This document shows, piece by piece, positions 11,701 through 24,753 of a DNA stretch of 64,000 bases (position 1 is the first letter of the stretch; each line of letters starts with the position of its first letter). A program made the translations under genes and the position numbers. The notes under the pieces are model-generated. The model saw only the letters and a program-made list of their open reading frames with translations. It was not told the origin of the DNA and ran no database searches. Source of the DNA: Tubulanus polymorphus (Eukaryota > Animalia > Nemertea); NCBI RefSeq assembly GCF_964204645.1, contig NC_134029.1:558001-622000 (forward strand). The letters run 5' to 3'.

Positions 11701-14544
11701 TTCCAAATCAATTTAACCTACACGACAGTACAACCTGTTTGCACTTCGAAGGAATCGTGGCGCAATGATTGATTATACCTATAACTTACGTCATTTGATT
11801 GACAGGTGAATGTCCCCGAGCGAACAGCTCTCACAAACAGGTGTTGACATTCAACTTTGAAAAGAACATTGTGTCTTTTAAAATTCATTTCTTTTTCTTA
11901 TCGTTACGAATGATATCATATGTATATTGTATGTAAGTAGCTGAGAGTGGCTAATTCTAAGTCAGACTAGAAACCAGAAACACGCTGACAATTTATGTGT
12001 TCGAATGAAAGCCGCTTTTATTCACCGAGTTTTTCTTCGTTTCAGGTAAAAACTGTTCAACGCCGCAAACAAACAGTAACGGATATTTTGAATACAACAA
12101 CACGCTTTACGGCGACAGCGCGAAGTTAGTTTGCAATGAGGGGTTCCACACGGGACAGAGTGCACCTGTCGCGTGTCTGGAGACAGCTGCGTGGGACACG
12201 TTTACAGAATGCACCAGTAAGCATCAGCCTGATAAACATTATATTAGACATTTTAGATTTATAGTTTACTCCGCATCCACAACAACTGGTAGAACTAAGT
12301 CCAGGGCCAGGTTTCACGAAAAAGTTAACCTCAAATTTTTGGTGTAATTGCCATTGGTTACTTCATGTTTTCAATGAGGGCAACAATTCAAACTTAACCG
12401 TTTTTAGACTTAAACTTTTTCGTGAAACTGGACCCAGGGCCTAAATCGATACACATCTCACTTTCATGAATTCAATTTTTCTCAGTCCATCAAAAAGAAA
12501 ATTTGAAAAGACCTAACAAATATTCCTTTATTTTCATTCCGCACAGAAATAGAATGTCCCGAACTGGTGATAACTGATGGTATTTTGAACGTTACCACGA
12601 CGACGGTCGGGGATACAGTCAGCATCACTTGTCGCTATGGTTACAACCTCATCGGTCCAAATCATATAACATGTTTGGATACGGGCACGTGGTCGGCGCG
12701 TACCACCTGCAAACGTGAGTTTCAATTGAATCAAATCTAATTCTTATTTCTGTAATGAGCTAGAAATCAATCATTTCTACGATGTGTATTTCAGGGGTTG
12801 CATGCGGTGTACCGGAGCAAATTGAACACGGTTATGTGGAATATACCGGGGACCATTTGGATAGTATCGCCCAATATTCCTGCCTTCCCGGTTTTCTGAT
12901 GTCGGGTCCGAGTCAAAGCGAATGCCAATCGAACAACGAGTGGACAGTTCACCCCACTTGCCACAGTAAGTGTAGCCATCGCGTTTTACTTCATTTCTTC
13001 AGTCTCAAATAACTATAATAGAAAATATTTCTACATCTTAAGTTACCTAGAATATCTAGGTCAATATTGTGCGATTTCTACTTTCACAGAATTTCTTCTT
13101 TCAAATATCACATTTCTTTCTCATTTATTGATATTTCGGCGTCACTGTTTGCAGACTATGATGACCAGCTCACGAGGTATCGCGCGCAATCGAAATAACA
13201 TTCTCAATATCGCTTTTCCAATTCACCTTTAACTATACACAATCACCCGTTTCTAATGTAACGCATTTATCCACTTCACTGCAAGAGTATTTCATATTCC
13301 ACCTATTGACGTCACAGTTTAGTATGGTTTGAAATTATACCTAACATTTAAATTGGCACTTATCTAATAAGCTTATAACGACCAATTGTTATTATGTTAT
13401 AATTTCAATCCAAGATAAAGATTATTATCATCACCATAATCAATATCTATGTTAATCTACAAATGAATTACCCAATTTAGAATCACAGCTTTGAAGCAGA
13501 ATCTAAATTAATTCTATCTGACAATACTTCATTAAGTCGTTACGTTCTTCACGTCCATCACGATAGAATTGCAAATAGTGGAAGTGTTAAGATTAATCCG
13601 AATTCTCCGTTTTTGCTCTCAGAGAAGAATTGCGGACAGCCACCGACTGTCGATTACTCTACAGTAAAAACAACAGGAAGTTTATTCGGAGATACAGCTA
13701 CGTATACTTGTAATACTGGTTACACATTGAGCGGTAGTCCTAGTATAACGTGTGAATCCACTGGAGCGTGGACCTCTCCACATCCTATTTGCAACGGTAA
13801 ATATACCTAAAAAATAATTACGTAAAATTCATCTGGTAAAATCGAGCTAAAGGAAGTGTGTAAATTTTTAGGTAGAGATTGCGGACTTCCTCCTAAAGTA
13901 GCGAACAGTAACGCTTCCTACTCGTCGACGATACATACCAGTCAGGTTAAATATGAATGTGTCTCCGGATACAAAATGGACGATAATGATCAATTGACTT
14001 GTACTAATGGTAAATGGGATGGAGTTATTCCTTTCTGTAGCTGTAAGTGAATTTCCCTCCTCTTTATCGTATGATTGACTGAATGACCGATTGACCGATT
14101 GACTGATTGACCGATTGACTAATTGACTGATTTACTGGTTGACTGATTGACTGATTGTGTACCATATAAACCAACATCATCTGCCGGGAACAGAACAATG
14201 TTTCAACATTTGAGTCAATAATTGTTTAAAAACTGTGGAACCCTCATATTCCGTGTTAATACGTCATCATAATATCAATAATGATAATAATTTATTTTTC
14301 ATTTAAGTACATTACAAAATAAGGTTATTTTCACAATTCGGAATAAACTCGGAGTCATCGTGAACTGAGATATTTCTTGTGTTGATCTATTTCAGTATTG
14401 GGTACAGCGAAATTGTGGTTATATCTGGGAGTTCCTTTAGCGATGATCGCGTTTGGAGTCGCCGGAGTTTTTACATTCATTTACTGCAGATTCAGACAAC
14501 GAAAACAAATCATCGAAAAATTGAAAAACTACAACGGATTCTAG
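8796..14544 (+). CDS. Type I membrane protein: signal peptide, 2 ShKT domains, 9 Sushi/CCP domains, TM, short tail (paralog A)
   Basis: 13 exons joined by phase-1 introns: signal 8796-8874 (MFYLVITLLLIPSVNP); ShKT 9554-9673 (CTDTTSNCQFWADSGECDKNPAWMVENCPVAC) and 9799-9930; CCP exons starting ~10118, 10664, 11069, 11324, 12046, 12548, 12795, 13623, 13873; TM exon from ~14396 (LWLYLGVPLAMIAFGVAGVFTFIYC RFRQRK...YNGF*). Confidence 0.88.
12301..12438. mobile_element. MITE with GGxCCAGTTTCACGAAAAAG-type terminal inverted repeats
   Basis: GGCCAGGTTTCACGAAAAAGTT...AACTTTTTCGTGAAACTGGACC, flanked by CAG. Confidence 0.7.
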
Positions 14545-15319
14545 AGAACTATTTAATCCACATCTTTTATCGAAATAACGACGGCAAGAAATGGCGTCAT
14601 AAACGGTGAAATAAGCAGTAAAAATAGTGAAATTAACAGTCAAGTGAATAGTGTATTAAATTACGGAATAAAATGGAATAAAAATCCCAAAATTTGGTAG
14701 TCATCTAGAAACTAGGTAATTTTACCTGTAAATCCTATCACCAGAGACTATGACAATGAAGATGTTATTTCATCAATTTTCTGAATTTTCTTTTGAATTA
14801 TATTCTCAGTTTGTATAAAGATATCTGAAATATGTAGATTGCTTAAAAAAGATCTTATGTTTTATACTAAAAAAAATTAAAAACTTCCAGATATCTCACG
14901 ATATGTAATTCTGCAAATCAAACCTATGAACCGGTAATTCATTCGATGATAATTTATGATTTAATGATGAATAAAATGATATTATTTTTATACTATATAT
15001 TTTCTAATGTCCTCTCTCTGCGTCTCTCTGCGTGGATAGATTCAACCACCAGTTTTTGGGGGACGGCTCCGGTGACGACAGGTATTCACAAACCAGCTCT
15101 GTATAGTCAGTTTGAACTTTATGTATACAGTTTTCACAGCCATTCTATCGACCTTTTGATTCTATGAAGGAGAAAAAACCTTTTTTCACAATAACAGTGA
15201 ATACGCCGCTAGAACCTACGTACTTCAAAAGACTGGATATGAAATAGAACACACGCGTAATATCGCTACATTTTTCACGGTTATTTATCGAGTACTGAAT
15301 CTATACATCAAACACAAAT

Positions 15320-17937
15320 ATGGTAAGCAAAACTGGTAAACCGGACCCAGGCTCATATTGTTGATAAGTTTGACTCTGATTTAAACTCTACAGCTTCACT
15401 TCACCGAACTGTCGAACTGGGTTTTTATTGATTTTAAAGGTCGCGATGAATTCAATGAACAGTTTGAATTTGTATCTAAAAGTTTAGGATTCTCATTTCA
15501 AATGAATATCATTTTTGTTTTGATTTGTATGATTAATTGATGAATACATTTCTCTCAATAGATGATAGTGTAACTGATGATATTTTGTAGTTACTGCTCA
15601 GTAAAATCCTTGCTTTGAAAGCGGAACTGATGTTAGTCGTCATACTGCGCATTTTACCCGGTTATTTACAAGGTATCAGATACACATGTATCAATGATAT
15701 TCTATGTATCGATATTTACGACTTATACTGAAATATTTGTCATGTTTTCAGCGTGTACTGATTCTTCAGGCAGCTGTAATTATTGGGCAAGTATTGGTGA
15801 ATGTGATATCAATGTGAATTGGATGCCCAAAAACTGTCCGGTATCGTGTAAATCGTCTTGTAATTGTGCTGGTATGTGGAAATTCAATAGAGGCCTGACG
15901 CAACTGACTCCCAGGTTCAATCTAAAGCTTCACTTAATCGGGTACTGGGGATAAGTTATCCTTATCCGGCAGGGATTCTTACCCGATGATATGTCTCGTT
16001 GCCGTCAGGTTCGAATCCCTGCCGAGGGAGGATGTGCTATCGGTATACAGCAATATTAGTTACCACTTCCCTTAATGATTATTCTTAGTAATTGAGAAAT
16101 CCTGCTTTATTTGTTTCCTGATCATTTCCTGATCTAAACCACAGACAAGTTTATATTCACCGGACAAGTATATATTCGTTTTTTTTAGCGGACGCTTTTC
16201 CCGGTAAAAATGCGGACACGAACTGTAACTGTCAGGGCTGGGTGAAAAATAGGAACTGCGTGAATCAAGCGGCTTTCATGGATACAAATTGTCAAACATC
16301 CTGTGCATACAGAAATAGTGAGTTCCCTGTACACATCTTGTGAGCTTCATTTTTCCTAATCTTCAGACCATAGAACTCAGTTCAATGCCTCAGACCAATG
16401 GTGGTTACTGGACCGTGTTTTATCGGTGCCCCTTAGCACTTATGTGTATATCTCCGTGGCGTAACGTATGCGTGACATTGGTCTACTGGTTAGCGCGCTT
16501 GCTTTCCAAGTACGAAACTCGGGTTCGAATCCCGGTGGCTTCCCTGAATTACACTGTTCTTCCTCTTTACCTTGATGACAGCTGCTCTATTTTTTTCATT
16601 TTTCTTACAAAACTATAATAGGTGTAAACTGTGGTACACCGCCAGATGTTGCGCACACTGTTGTCACGAATTTAGATTCGAGTAAGTGGTTGGGAACGAT
16701 TACATACGCTTGCGCCCCCTATGCGACCGCAGCGTCCAATGACCCTTTAGCAGACGGAGAGAGAATCTGTTCGCGGATACCGAACTCAGCCGTATGGCTC
16801 AAGATAAAGAAACACTTTGATCCAGTTTGCAACGGTAAATATAACAAATTCAAATATATCTTTTTTCGTACACCTTTTATAACTATCAAATTCTACTAAA
16901 TGTAATAAAATCTTTACCGTTAAACAGTAAAGAATTGTACGGGTTCGCCGTCTGATGAAGCGTTTTCTACGTGGAACGCAACGCCCCCTAGACAAGCCGA
17001 TAATACTTATATATACGATACACTGATAACCTATACATGTAAAACGGGTTATGAGGTGAAATCTGGAGATACAACTCGTAAATGTTTCGCCAATACAACA
17101 TTTACCGGTTTCTCAGACTGGACACCGATCGTCTGCGGAAGTAAGTTTTAATCATTCCGAAAAAACGTCTCGCAAACAAAGAATAAAAAAGCTCGTTTAA
17201 AGTTTTGTAATTTTGCTCTCAGAGAAGAATTGCGGACAGCCACCGACTGTCGATTACTCAACAGTAAAAACTACAGGAAGTTTATTCGGAGATACAGCTA
17301 CGTATACTTGTAATACTGGTTACACATTGAGCGGTAGTCCTAGTATAACGTGTGAATCCACTGGAGCGTGGAATACTGCACATCCAGTCTGTACAGGTAT
17401 ACCTTTACATGGTCGCTTTTTTCGAAAACAGTTTCTCAAACGGGTTCAAACATAAGCATAAACAATTAGGAACACATAAACTGTAATCTCTCAACTTTTA
17501 ATCAAATTACTTTTGTTTTTCCGTATCTAATCAGGAAAAGATTGCGGCGCTCCTCCAGTTGTCGCGAATGGTAATGCTTCCTATTCATCGACTCTTCACA
17601 GCAGCCAAGCGAAATATACGTGTCTGACAAACTACGTAATAGGGGCTGATAATATAGTTACATGTGACAATGGTAAATGGTCTGGAACTACTCCAGTTTG
17701 CACAAGTAAGTTCATCATTTAACTGATTGTTTTCGTGAAATTACGATTTCGTATATAAACCCTACTTTATTTCTTTATTTTCTAGTGGTTGGAACATCTA
17801 AACTGGGATTATACGTAGGATTACCGATAGTACTACTCGTATTGGGAGCCGTAGGGCTGTTCGCCTTTATATATTCTAGATATTCATCGCAAAAGAAAAT
17901 TGTAGAAAAACTGCGAGGTTTCGACAGATTTTACTAG
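15320..17937 (+). CDS. Type I membrane protein: signal peptide, 2 ShKT domains, 4 Sushi/CCP domains, TM (paralog B)
   Basis: ATG|gtaagc at 15320; signal exon 15591-15672; ShKT exons ~15752 and ~16189; CCP exons ~16622, 16928, 17223, 17535; TM exon ~17786-17937 (LGLYVGLPIVLLVLGAVGLFAFIY...FDRFY*). Confidence 0.88.
16472..16540 (+). pseudogene. tRNA-Gly(TCC)-like relic or SINE head in an intron
   Basis: A-box-like TGGTCTACTGGTTAG, anticodon loop TTTCCAA, T-arm CTCGGGTTCGAATCCCGG; the acceptor stem pairs poorly. Confidence 0.55.
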
Positions 17938-18528
17938 AACTGTTATGAAACATGGGATTAATACACGGGCCCATACAGTTTCATTGACTGAGAAATTACC
18001 CCAAGGGATAAACCCTAAACTTGTGCCCGGTTACTGTGTGTTTTAAATTAAAGGTTTACCAGTTGAACCAAATTGTGTAAAAACTGATTGGTTAAATAAA
18101 GTTTCCAATAAATCGTTTCAGCTGAAACATTTTTGCTGAATTTCGTCGTTGACTCTTTTAAACATTTATGATGTGTTGAATGATTTAAAATGAATGGTGG
18201 AATAAAACATACGTACAGGACAACAATTCAAACCTAACTGGTGTAAGCTTTTTCATCAAACTGGAATATCATGAGTTTTCAACGACTTTTCAACGTTCCG
18301 AACTTTTCAATCGGTTATTAGTGCACAGTATCTACAATATTCGAATCAGATAGAAAAGGTCAACTTCTTTTTATAAATCTAAAACTGGTTTCCTTTAAGA
18401 GCCTCTCAGCCTTCAGTAAACTGACAACGACTTGGTGAATTCAGCTCAGGTGGAGATCATTAATTGACTCAATTATTCGGCAAGGCTCACAATGATATTC
18501 TAAGTACCTTTTTAAATCCTGTTCGCTG

Positions 18529-21500
18529 ATGGACAAAAAGCCAATAGCCGAAGAGGACGACACACCTGAGGAGGGGGAGACCGAATCAGAGCCGGAATCG
18601 ACGTCAACTCAACCAGTAGCACCGGACGTATCAACGCAGTAAGTTTGTATTTTAGCGTAACGAGTCATTCGTCAACGTCGTGGCCATGGTTACATCGGCA
18701 CCGTCTTTTACAAAAAGAATCTTAATGTTTGCAACTTTAATGAATTCACCGAGGCTGGGTGTTTGAGAGAGGTCCGACGGTTGGAATTTAATTTAACTAG
18801 GATTGGAATTTAATCTAAAACAGGTAACGTTTTTCAAATGTTGTTCCGTTCTAAAATCGAGAAGTTCTGGAAGCATCGGCGGTTTTTTTTTATTCAACAT
18901 AGATTAGTGTATTGGAAATACCAATATATAAGCGAAACCTTTCATCAGATATCATACCTAGGAAAACTCGTATTATTGCAAAATACCATTTTAAAACTGA
19001 TAATATAAGATTCACAATAAGAAAGATCAATGTTTCACTGAGGTAGTAGTTTACTAGTATAACCTAAAACTAATCTTCAGGAATGCGTTAAATAAATATT
19101 TGTTGGGCTCAAGGAAATATTTAGGACTCTTCTTTCTTTCTTAATGCGGGATTTTATACTGGGTGCCAAAGTGTTTCATGCATAGTTGATTTATTATTAA
19201 AACCTCGTTGACATGAAGTTCCATCTCCACAATCATCCTCCTTGTTGGTTTCCGTAACTACAATCACATTGACACTGTATCAAAAACCTATCTACTCAAA
19301 TATGTATATATCAATCTGTGATAGTAAGATCAATATAAATTTAAGTGATTTTAGTGTCGAATACATTCCCGTAAGTTGTGATCGTCTTGGTAAACTCTTT
19401 CAAGCGTTAATCAAAGGTCTATGTTATCGAAACAGCTACGGAACTTTAGTAGAAGTTGTAGTAGCTGTACCTTAAAACGTATAGAATAGTATAAAATCGG
19501 TATAAAATGAATAGGATCTGGACTCCGAGATACGGACGAAGAGTTGAGAATGAGGAGTTTACTATATCTATCAGTAGCAGGTTGGTGTAGAGTAGATCAG
19601 ACGCATTATAAAACGCCCGAATGAGGAAGGTTTTATTGAATCAAACATTAAACTTCAGTTCAACTGATCGCACGAATTCACCTTCTAAATTTTCCCATGA
19701 TTTCATTCAACTAAAAGTTCAATTCAGTATGTGTATAATTCTTTCGCGTGGAAGCTTTTTATTTCTTTAGAGCAGTTAAAATGAAATATATATATATTTA
19801 CTTCTGTTTATATTCTATTTCTGTTATCAAGTTTATTACGGGGTTCTTTTAGTTTTCGAGAACTGGCTTAACCTTACAGACCTTGAAAATTCGGCTATGA
19901 CAATATCACCCTAACAACAAATAGATAATACAGTTCATCACAGCAATATATCAGAGTCAATTCAATTGTTTCACTCTGGCCTTCAACAATTCGACTTTCA
20001 ATCTTATTTTTGTGAACTATGACGAGGAGACATCAAAGCCATAGATCCGTGGCTGAGAGAAAATGAAATCATTTTTCATATCTAAATGACGATTAACCCT
20101 CTTAAATAGTATATAAAACAAAGAGAAACGAATGATATTGAATATTTAAGTGACACGATTCTGATTTCTAGACACGGATGACTAATAGTTGTGTGTGAAA
20201 TAATAGCTCATATTTGGCAGGTTCTAATATAAACTATATTCATGTAAATGAAGTTTGTGGGAAAAGTGTATTAAAACAAATATTGAAAGTCACGTAATTC
20301 AAACTTCGATAGATTCACACACATACAAGATCTATTGCACATCAGAGAACAGTTCAAAGAGATTTCAGACTACTTTTAGACTTATACAAGTCACCAGTTT
20401 GTGACTTAAGCCCTGTTCCTGATAGGAGGAGTATATTAGAACTCTAGACTTGGAAAGCATCGGAATACTTCACACATTCCGGGTTTGTATTTTAGTTTTT
20501 AACTTTTTTTAGTATCCGGGTCTATTGTTTTAAGTTAAGATTTGACTCCAGGATGAAATCATTGTGTTGGCGAAAAAGTGGCATTAATCTGTATACGTAT
20601 CCTAGTTCTATTTGTCGACTGGTTTCTTTAGAGACCCGGGGTTGACCGTCGACTCCCACTTTTCACAAAAAGATGCTTTGAAAAATACCTTGATATATTT
20701 TTCCGTGAATAACTGCATTTATTATTCATAATTCTCATCAAATTCTTCTTACTAATGAATTCCAACTCAGTAATTTTAAAGGCACAGACTCCAATAGTTC
20801 GGATGTCTCTTTCAAACTAGACCCCTGGTGTTATCCTACATATATTACGTATACTAGCTTTAAGTGTGTGTATATTTCCAGGGAGGCGGCGTTTGGTCCC
20901 GATGACGAAACTTCGGGTCAGCCCGGAAGTCTATGGGCCAATCTTTACGATGATACAGAAGGTGAAGGTCACGGTGGCGCAACGATCGAAAACGAAAGCA
21001 ACCACAATACGAAAGAATCGACGAAACGAAAAGAGAAATCAGTTTCGAAACAATTCGCCCAAAAACGTCAATCAATGGCTCAGATATTGAAGGTAACTCC
21101 GCCCCCTACGAGGGACAGTGTTCCTAGACTGGTGGTTGATGACTACAGCGAAGGGTCCCGATACTATAACACGGGTTACGCGCCTGCGACATCCAGGGAA
21201 GTAGTTCCAGTCGTGCCAGTAGAATATAGTAACACAGGACCCGATCCCACTCCATCAAACAGTAGCTGGCGAACGCGAACTGGTGCTACAACTGTAGTCG
21301 CAGTTACCACATTTTCAAACCAGCATAACCCAGCGCCCCCTGTCATCGGGAACGGTAGAATAACCCCGGTGAAATCGGTGGCGCCTCCTAGTTATAAAAA
21401 ACCTCGCATTTATAATGGAGACACGTTGACCATCGACGAGGATGAAATTGAGTTCATTCTCAGTGAACATGGTGAGAATGAATTACGTGCTCGATTTAAA

Positions 21501-22253
21501 CGTAAATTATCGATGATTCTAGGAGCTTTGTGTTTGTGTATCGGTGTGATGATGGTCGCTGCTGCTCTTGTATTCTCATCTCACGTTTACTACACGGCTT
21601 CAGTCGTTATTGGCGTCATTTCAGGGTTAATATTCATGGCGACAGGTGGCGTATGCATCGCCGTTGCGGTTTACGTGTTTAACGTTAAGATTGTGTACGC
21701 GGCGCTAGGGTGCGCTGTTTTCTCGTTTATCGCTGCGTTTTTAGTTATTTTCATCAATTTCGGTGAAATGTTTGACGTGATTGGAGTTTACGGTTCCCTG
21801 TTACCCGATCATAATAACAGCACTCAAACCGGAGCTCGCGGTGTTTCATTATTCGCTGGTTTTGCGGGTTCTATCGTATCGATCGTACTTATCGCTTTTA
21901 CCTGTATAGGTTTGAACTGTTGGGAAGAGGCTGATATCGTTTCAGCCGCTAAAGAAGGTAAACTGCAGTTCAGAGACGGACGCCGGCCTCGCCTAGACGG
22001 GCTCAGTATGAGAGAGTACGGCTGGCGGACGCGCTCCAAGCGTAAACATATTCCACATCCGGTCGGCGTCAGATCTCTGCGACCCCTAGCGTCGTCTTCG
22101 GGAAGTAACGATAGCGGCCTCGATCTGGTGGATAGGGGTAGGACGCCGATGAGGCCGCCGGGTTCGAGACGCAGTTATATGAATGTTGTTAGGGATAATA
22201 ACACGCGTCAGGCTGATTCAATGTTTCATATGCATAGTAACCGTAGATACTAA
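18529..22253 (+). CDS. MS4A/CD20-like four-transmembrane protein with long disordered N- and C-termini
   Basis: Exon 1 18529-18638 (MDKKPIAEED..., phase-2 GTAAGT) joins exon 2 20882-22253 in frame. Four hydrophobic segments, including GVISGLIFMATGGVCIAV. Confidence 0.75.
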
Positions 22254-22398
22254 ACAGGGACCGAGTAGGGATATAGTTTACCGAGGGTTTGATCTTAGAA
22301 ACTGTGAGAATAAACCATGATGATTTTGAGATTGCCCCCGAAGTTATATCTGGTCTCAGGCAATATCAAAAATATGGCTGAATCTACTTAATTAGTAA

Positions 22399-22577
22399 CA
22401 GTGTAACCTCGTTACAACGAACGTCGGTGCACCAGCAAATCTGTTCGTTATAACCGATAGTTAGTTCGTTATGTACGGTATGAAATTATGAAAAAAAATT
22501 TTATTTGGTGCGAAATTCTAAGCTTGTAATAACAGATAAATCGTTACATCAGAGTTTGTGATAACGTGGTTCAACTG
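22399..22577. mobile_element. Degenerate Tc1/mariner (pogo/Tigger-like) MITE downstream of the MS4A-like stop
   Basis: CAGTGTAACCTCGTTACAAC...GTGATAACGTGGTTCAACTG. Confidence 0.55.
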
Positions 22578-23517
22578 TGACGTATATGTGCTGTCAACCC
22601 ACACCGTCCCTTACCCCCACCCCTCTCTTCCTCGAATCAGCTCCCCTCATGCTTTACACCAAAATCTCATCTGTGGTTCTATATATGTAGACATGGATAT
22701 GTAGATTATATATGCTTCAATAGCGCTGTATGTTTGATCATGGTTGAATACAGTTCCATATTTGATTGCACAATTGTTATAAGAATATTATTCATACTCA
22801 ATGTTTCTGAAAGTTATTATTGAAATAAATATTATTTGTTATCACGTCAGTCGAGTATTTTCTGGTACATTTTTCCGCCGTAAATTATGGGGAATATTTC
22901 GTAGTGAAATCATTAATCAAATTCAGTACTCGAAGATTTTCGACACGTATTTCTAAACGTCGAGCATTCATTCATATGTAGAGAATTCATGCATACTTAA
23001 TCAATGTCATTGAAACAGGTCAATTCAAATAGAAACCAATTTCTTTAAGTCTGGAATTAAAAGCGGCTTTTATCCGGTGCCTAAGCAGTACACAACTATT
23101 CAAATCCGTCGTTTTTTTCTATTGATATTATCAGATTGTTATTATTATAAATACGGCCTCCTACTGCGACATCCAAAAACTGTAGTAAAAAACTTGATTT
23201 TTTCCTTCTGTCAGTAACCTGTCGGTAACCTGTCAGTAACCTGTCGGACGGGCGCCGGTCACACGCTGATTATATCATACCATAATGAGATATTTAAAAA
23301 TATTGTTTTCATCGTGTTATCTAAACATGAATCTCATGCAGCTAGTTACTTTAACCGATTCTATGAGTTACAATTAAAGATTATTTAATCGAGGGGTTTG
23401 GGTGATTCCCTGCGGTGTGAAATCTGGAAACACAGCTCCCAGAAAGCGATTATTATAATATGTAACAGTTTTGTAAATGTCCCGCATTCTTTAGACTCCT
23501 CTCACCTTGTACAAAAT

Positions 23518-23676
23518 GACAGTTTGACATCAGACATTTTGATATGCCTCCCGTAGAAAACTGACTGCTTGAAAAAAAATGGAATTTCTATATGACTTTC
23601 TATATATAAATTCATTTTTTCCAAGCAGACAGTTTCCTGCTGGAGGCATATCAAAAATGTCTGATGTCAAACTGTC
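23518..23676. mobile_element. Fold-back MITE / long imperfect palindrome
   Basis: GACAGTTTGACATCAGACATTTTGATATGCCTCC...GGAGGCATATCAAAAATGTCTGATGTCAAACTGTC, arms about 70 bp. Confidence 0.8.
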
Positions 23677-23779
23677 TTTTTGCGAGTGGAAGCTAAAGAA
23701 ACGGACTGAACTTTCAGACACGAACGGTGGTTTTTTTATCAGGCGGCGTCTTTTTAGCATCGCCAGAATGCGGTAGAGT

Positions 23780-24080
23780 GATAGATCTAGGGGTCTGGGG
23801 GTAGATCTAGGGGTCTGGGGTAGATCTAGTGGTCTGGTGGTAGATCTAGGGGTCTGGGGGTAGATCTAGTGGTCTGGGGGTAGATCTAGGGGTAGATCTA
23901 GGGGTCTGGGGGTAGATCTAGGGGTCTGGGGGTAGATCTAGGGTCTGGGGGTAGATCTAGGGGTCTGGGGGTAGATCTAGGGGTCTGGGGGAGATCTAGG
24001 GGTCTGGGGGTAGATCTAGTGGTCTGGGGGTAGATCTAGGGGTCTGGGGATAGATCTAGGGGTCTGGGGATAGATCTAGG
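23780..24080. repeat. 20-bp G-rich minisatellite (TAGATCTAGGGGTCTGGGGG)n
   Basis: About 15 units. Confidence 0.95.
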
Positions 24081-24354
24081 TCGTGACACCGAGTGGGGCA
24101 CTAACTGCTTGTGGCTTTTAGAGTAACTGCGTCATTGGAGGAATGTCCTTCTCGTTCTGTTGAAACCCGCATTATTATTTACCTAGCTCGCTGAAAACTA
24201 CCATTCGCACATTAAATAAAAAAACTTAAAACGATGAACACTCTTTCCATGTTTCAAAACTTTTTTCTTATAAAATATCCAACGAATTTCTGCATAAAAT
24301 AAAGAATTAATTTAGACAGTCTTCTGGATGTGGATAATGATCGATACGGTATCG

Positions 24355-24700
24355 TCAATATTTAGAGCAGCTGTACTTGTTCCGGCTGGCTGAAATAAAC
24401 AGAATCAAAATCAGTAAAAACAAGGACGACGAAATGGTTCTAGATACTAAATATGCGCGGAAATCAGTGACGTCACCAACACGACGTAAGTGTGGTCATT
24501 AAGTATATGACGTCATCAGCGTACGAGATGTGTCAGATCTAATCTCATTTATATTGATTATATTTGATAGTGGACATTTCTTAGGATTCAAATTGCGTTA
24601 AGACGTTGGAACTGAGTGAAGCTTTACGAAGTGACGAAACCTACCAAGTATAACAGGTTATTGGACAACAGGCATTCATTTACAGATCCCTCAGAGTCAG

Positions 24701-24753
<53 letters not shown>

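Noticed and set aside
16472-16540. Functional tRNA-Gly gene
   Set aside because: Acceptor and anticodon stems are mismatched; more likely a SINE head or relic. A similar fragment at ~44170-44230 is even more degenerate.
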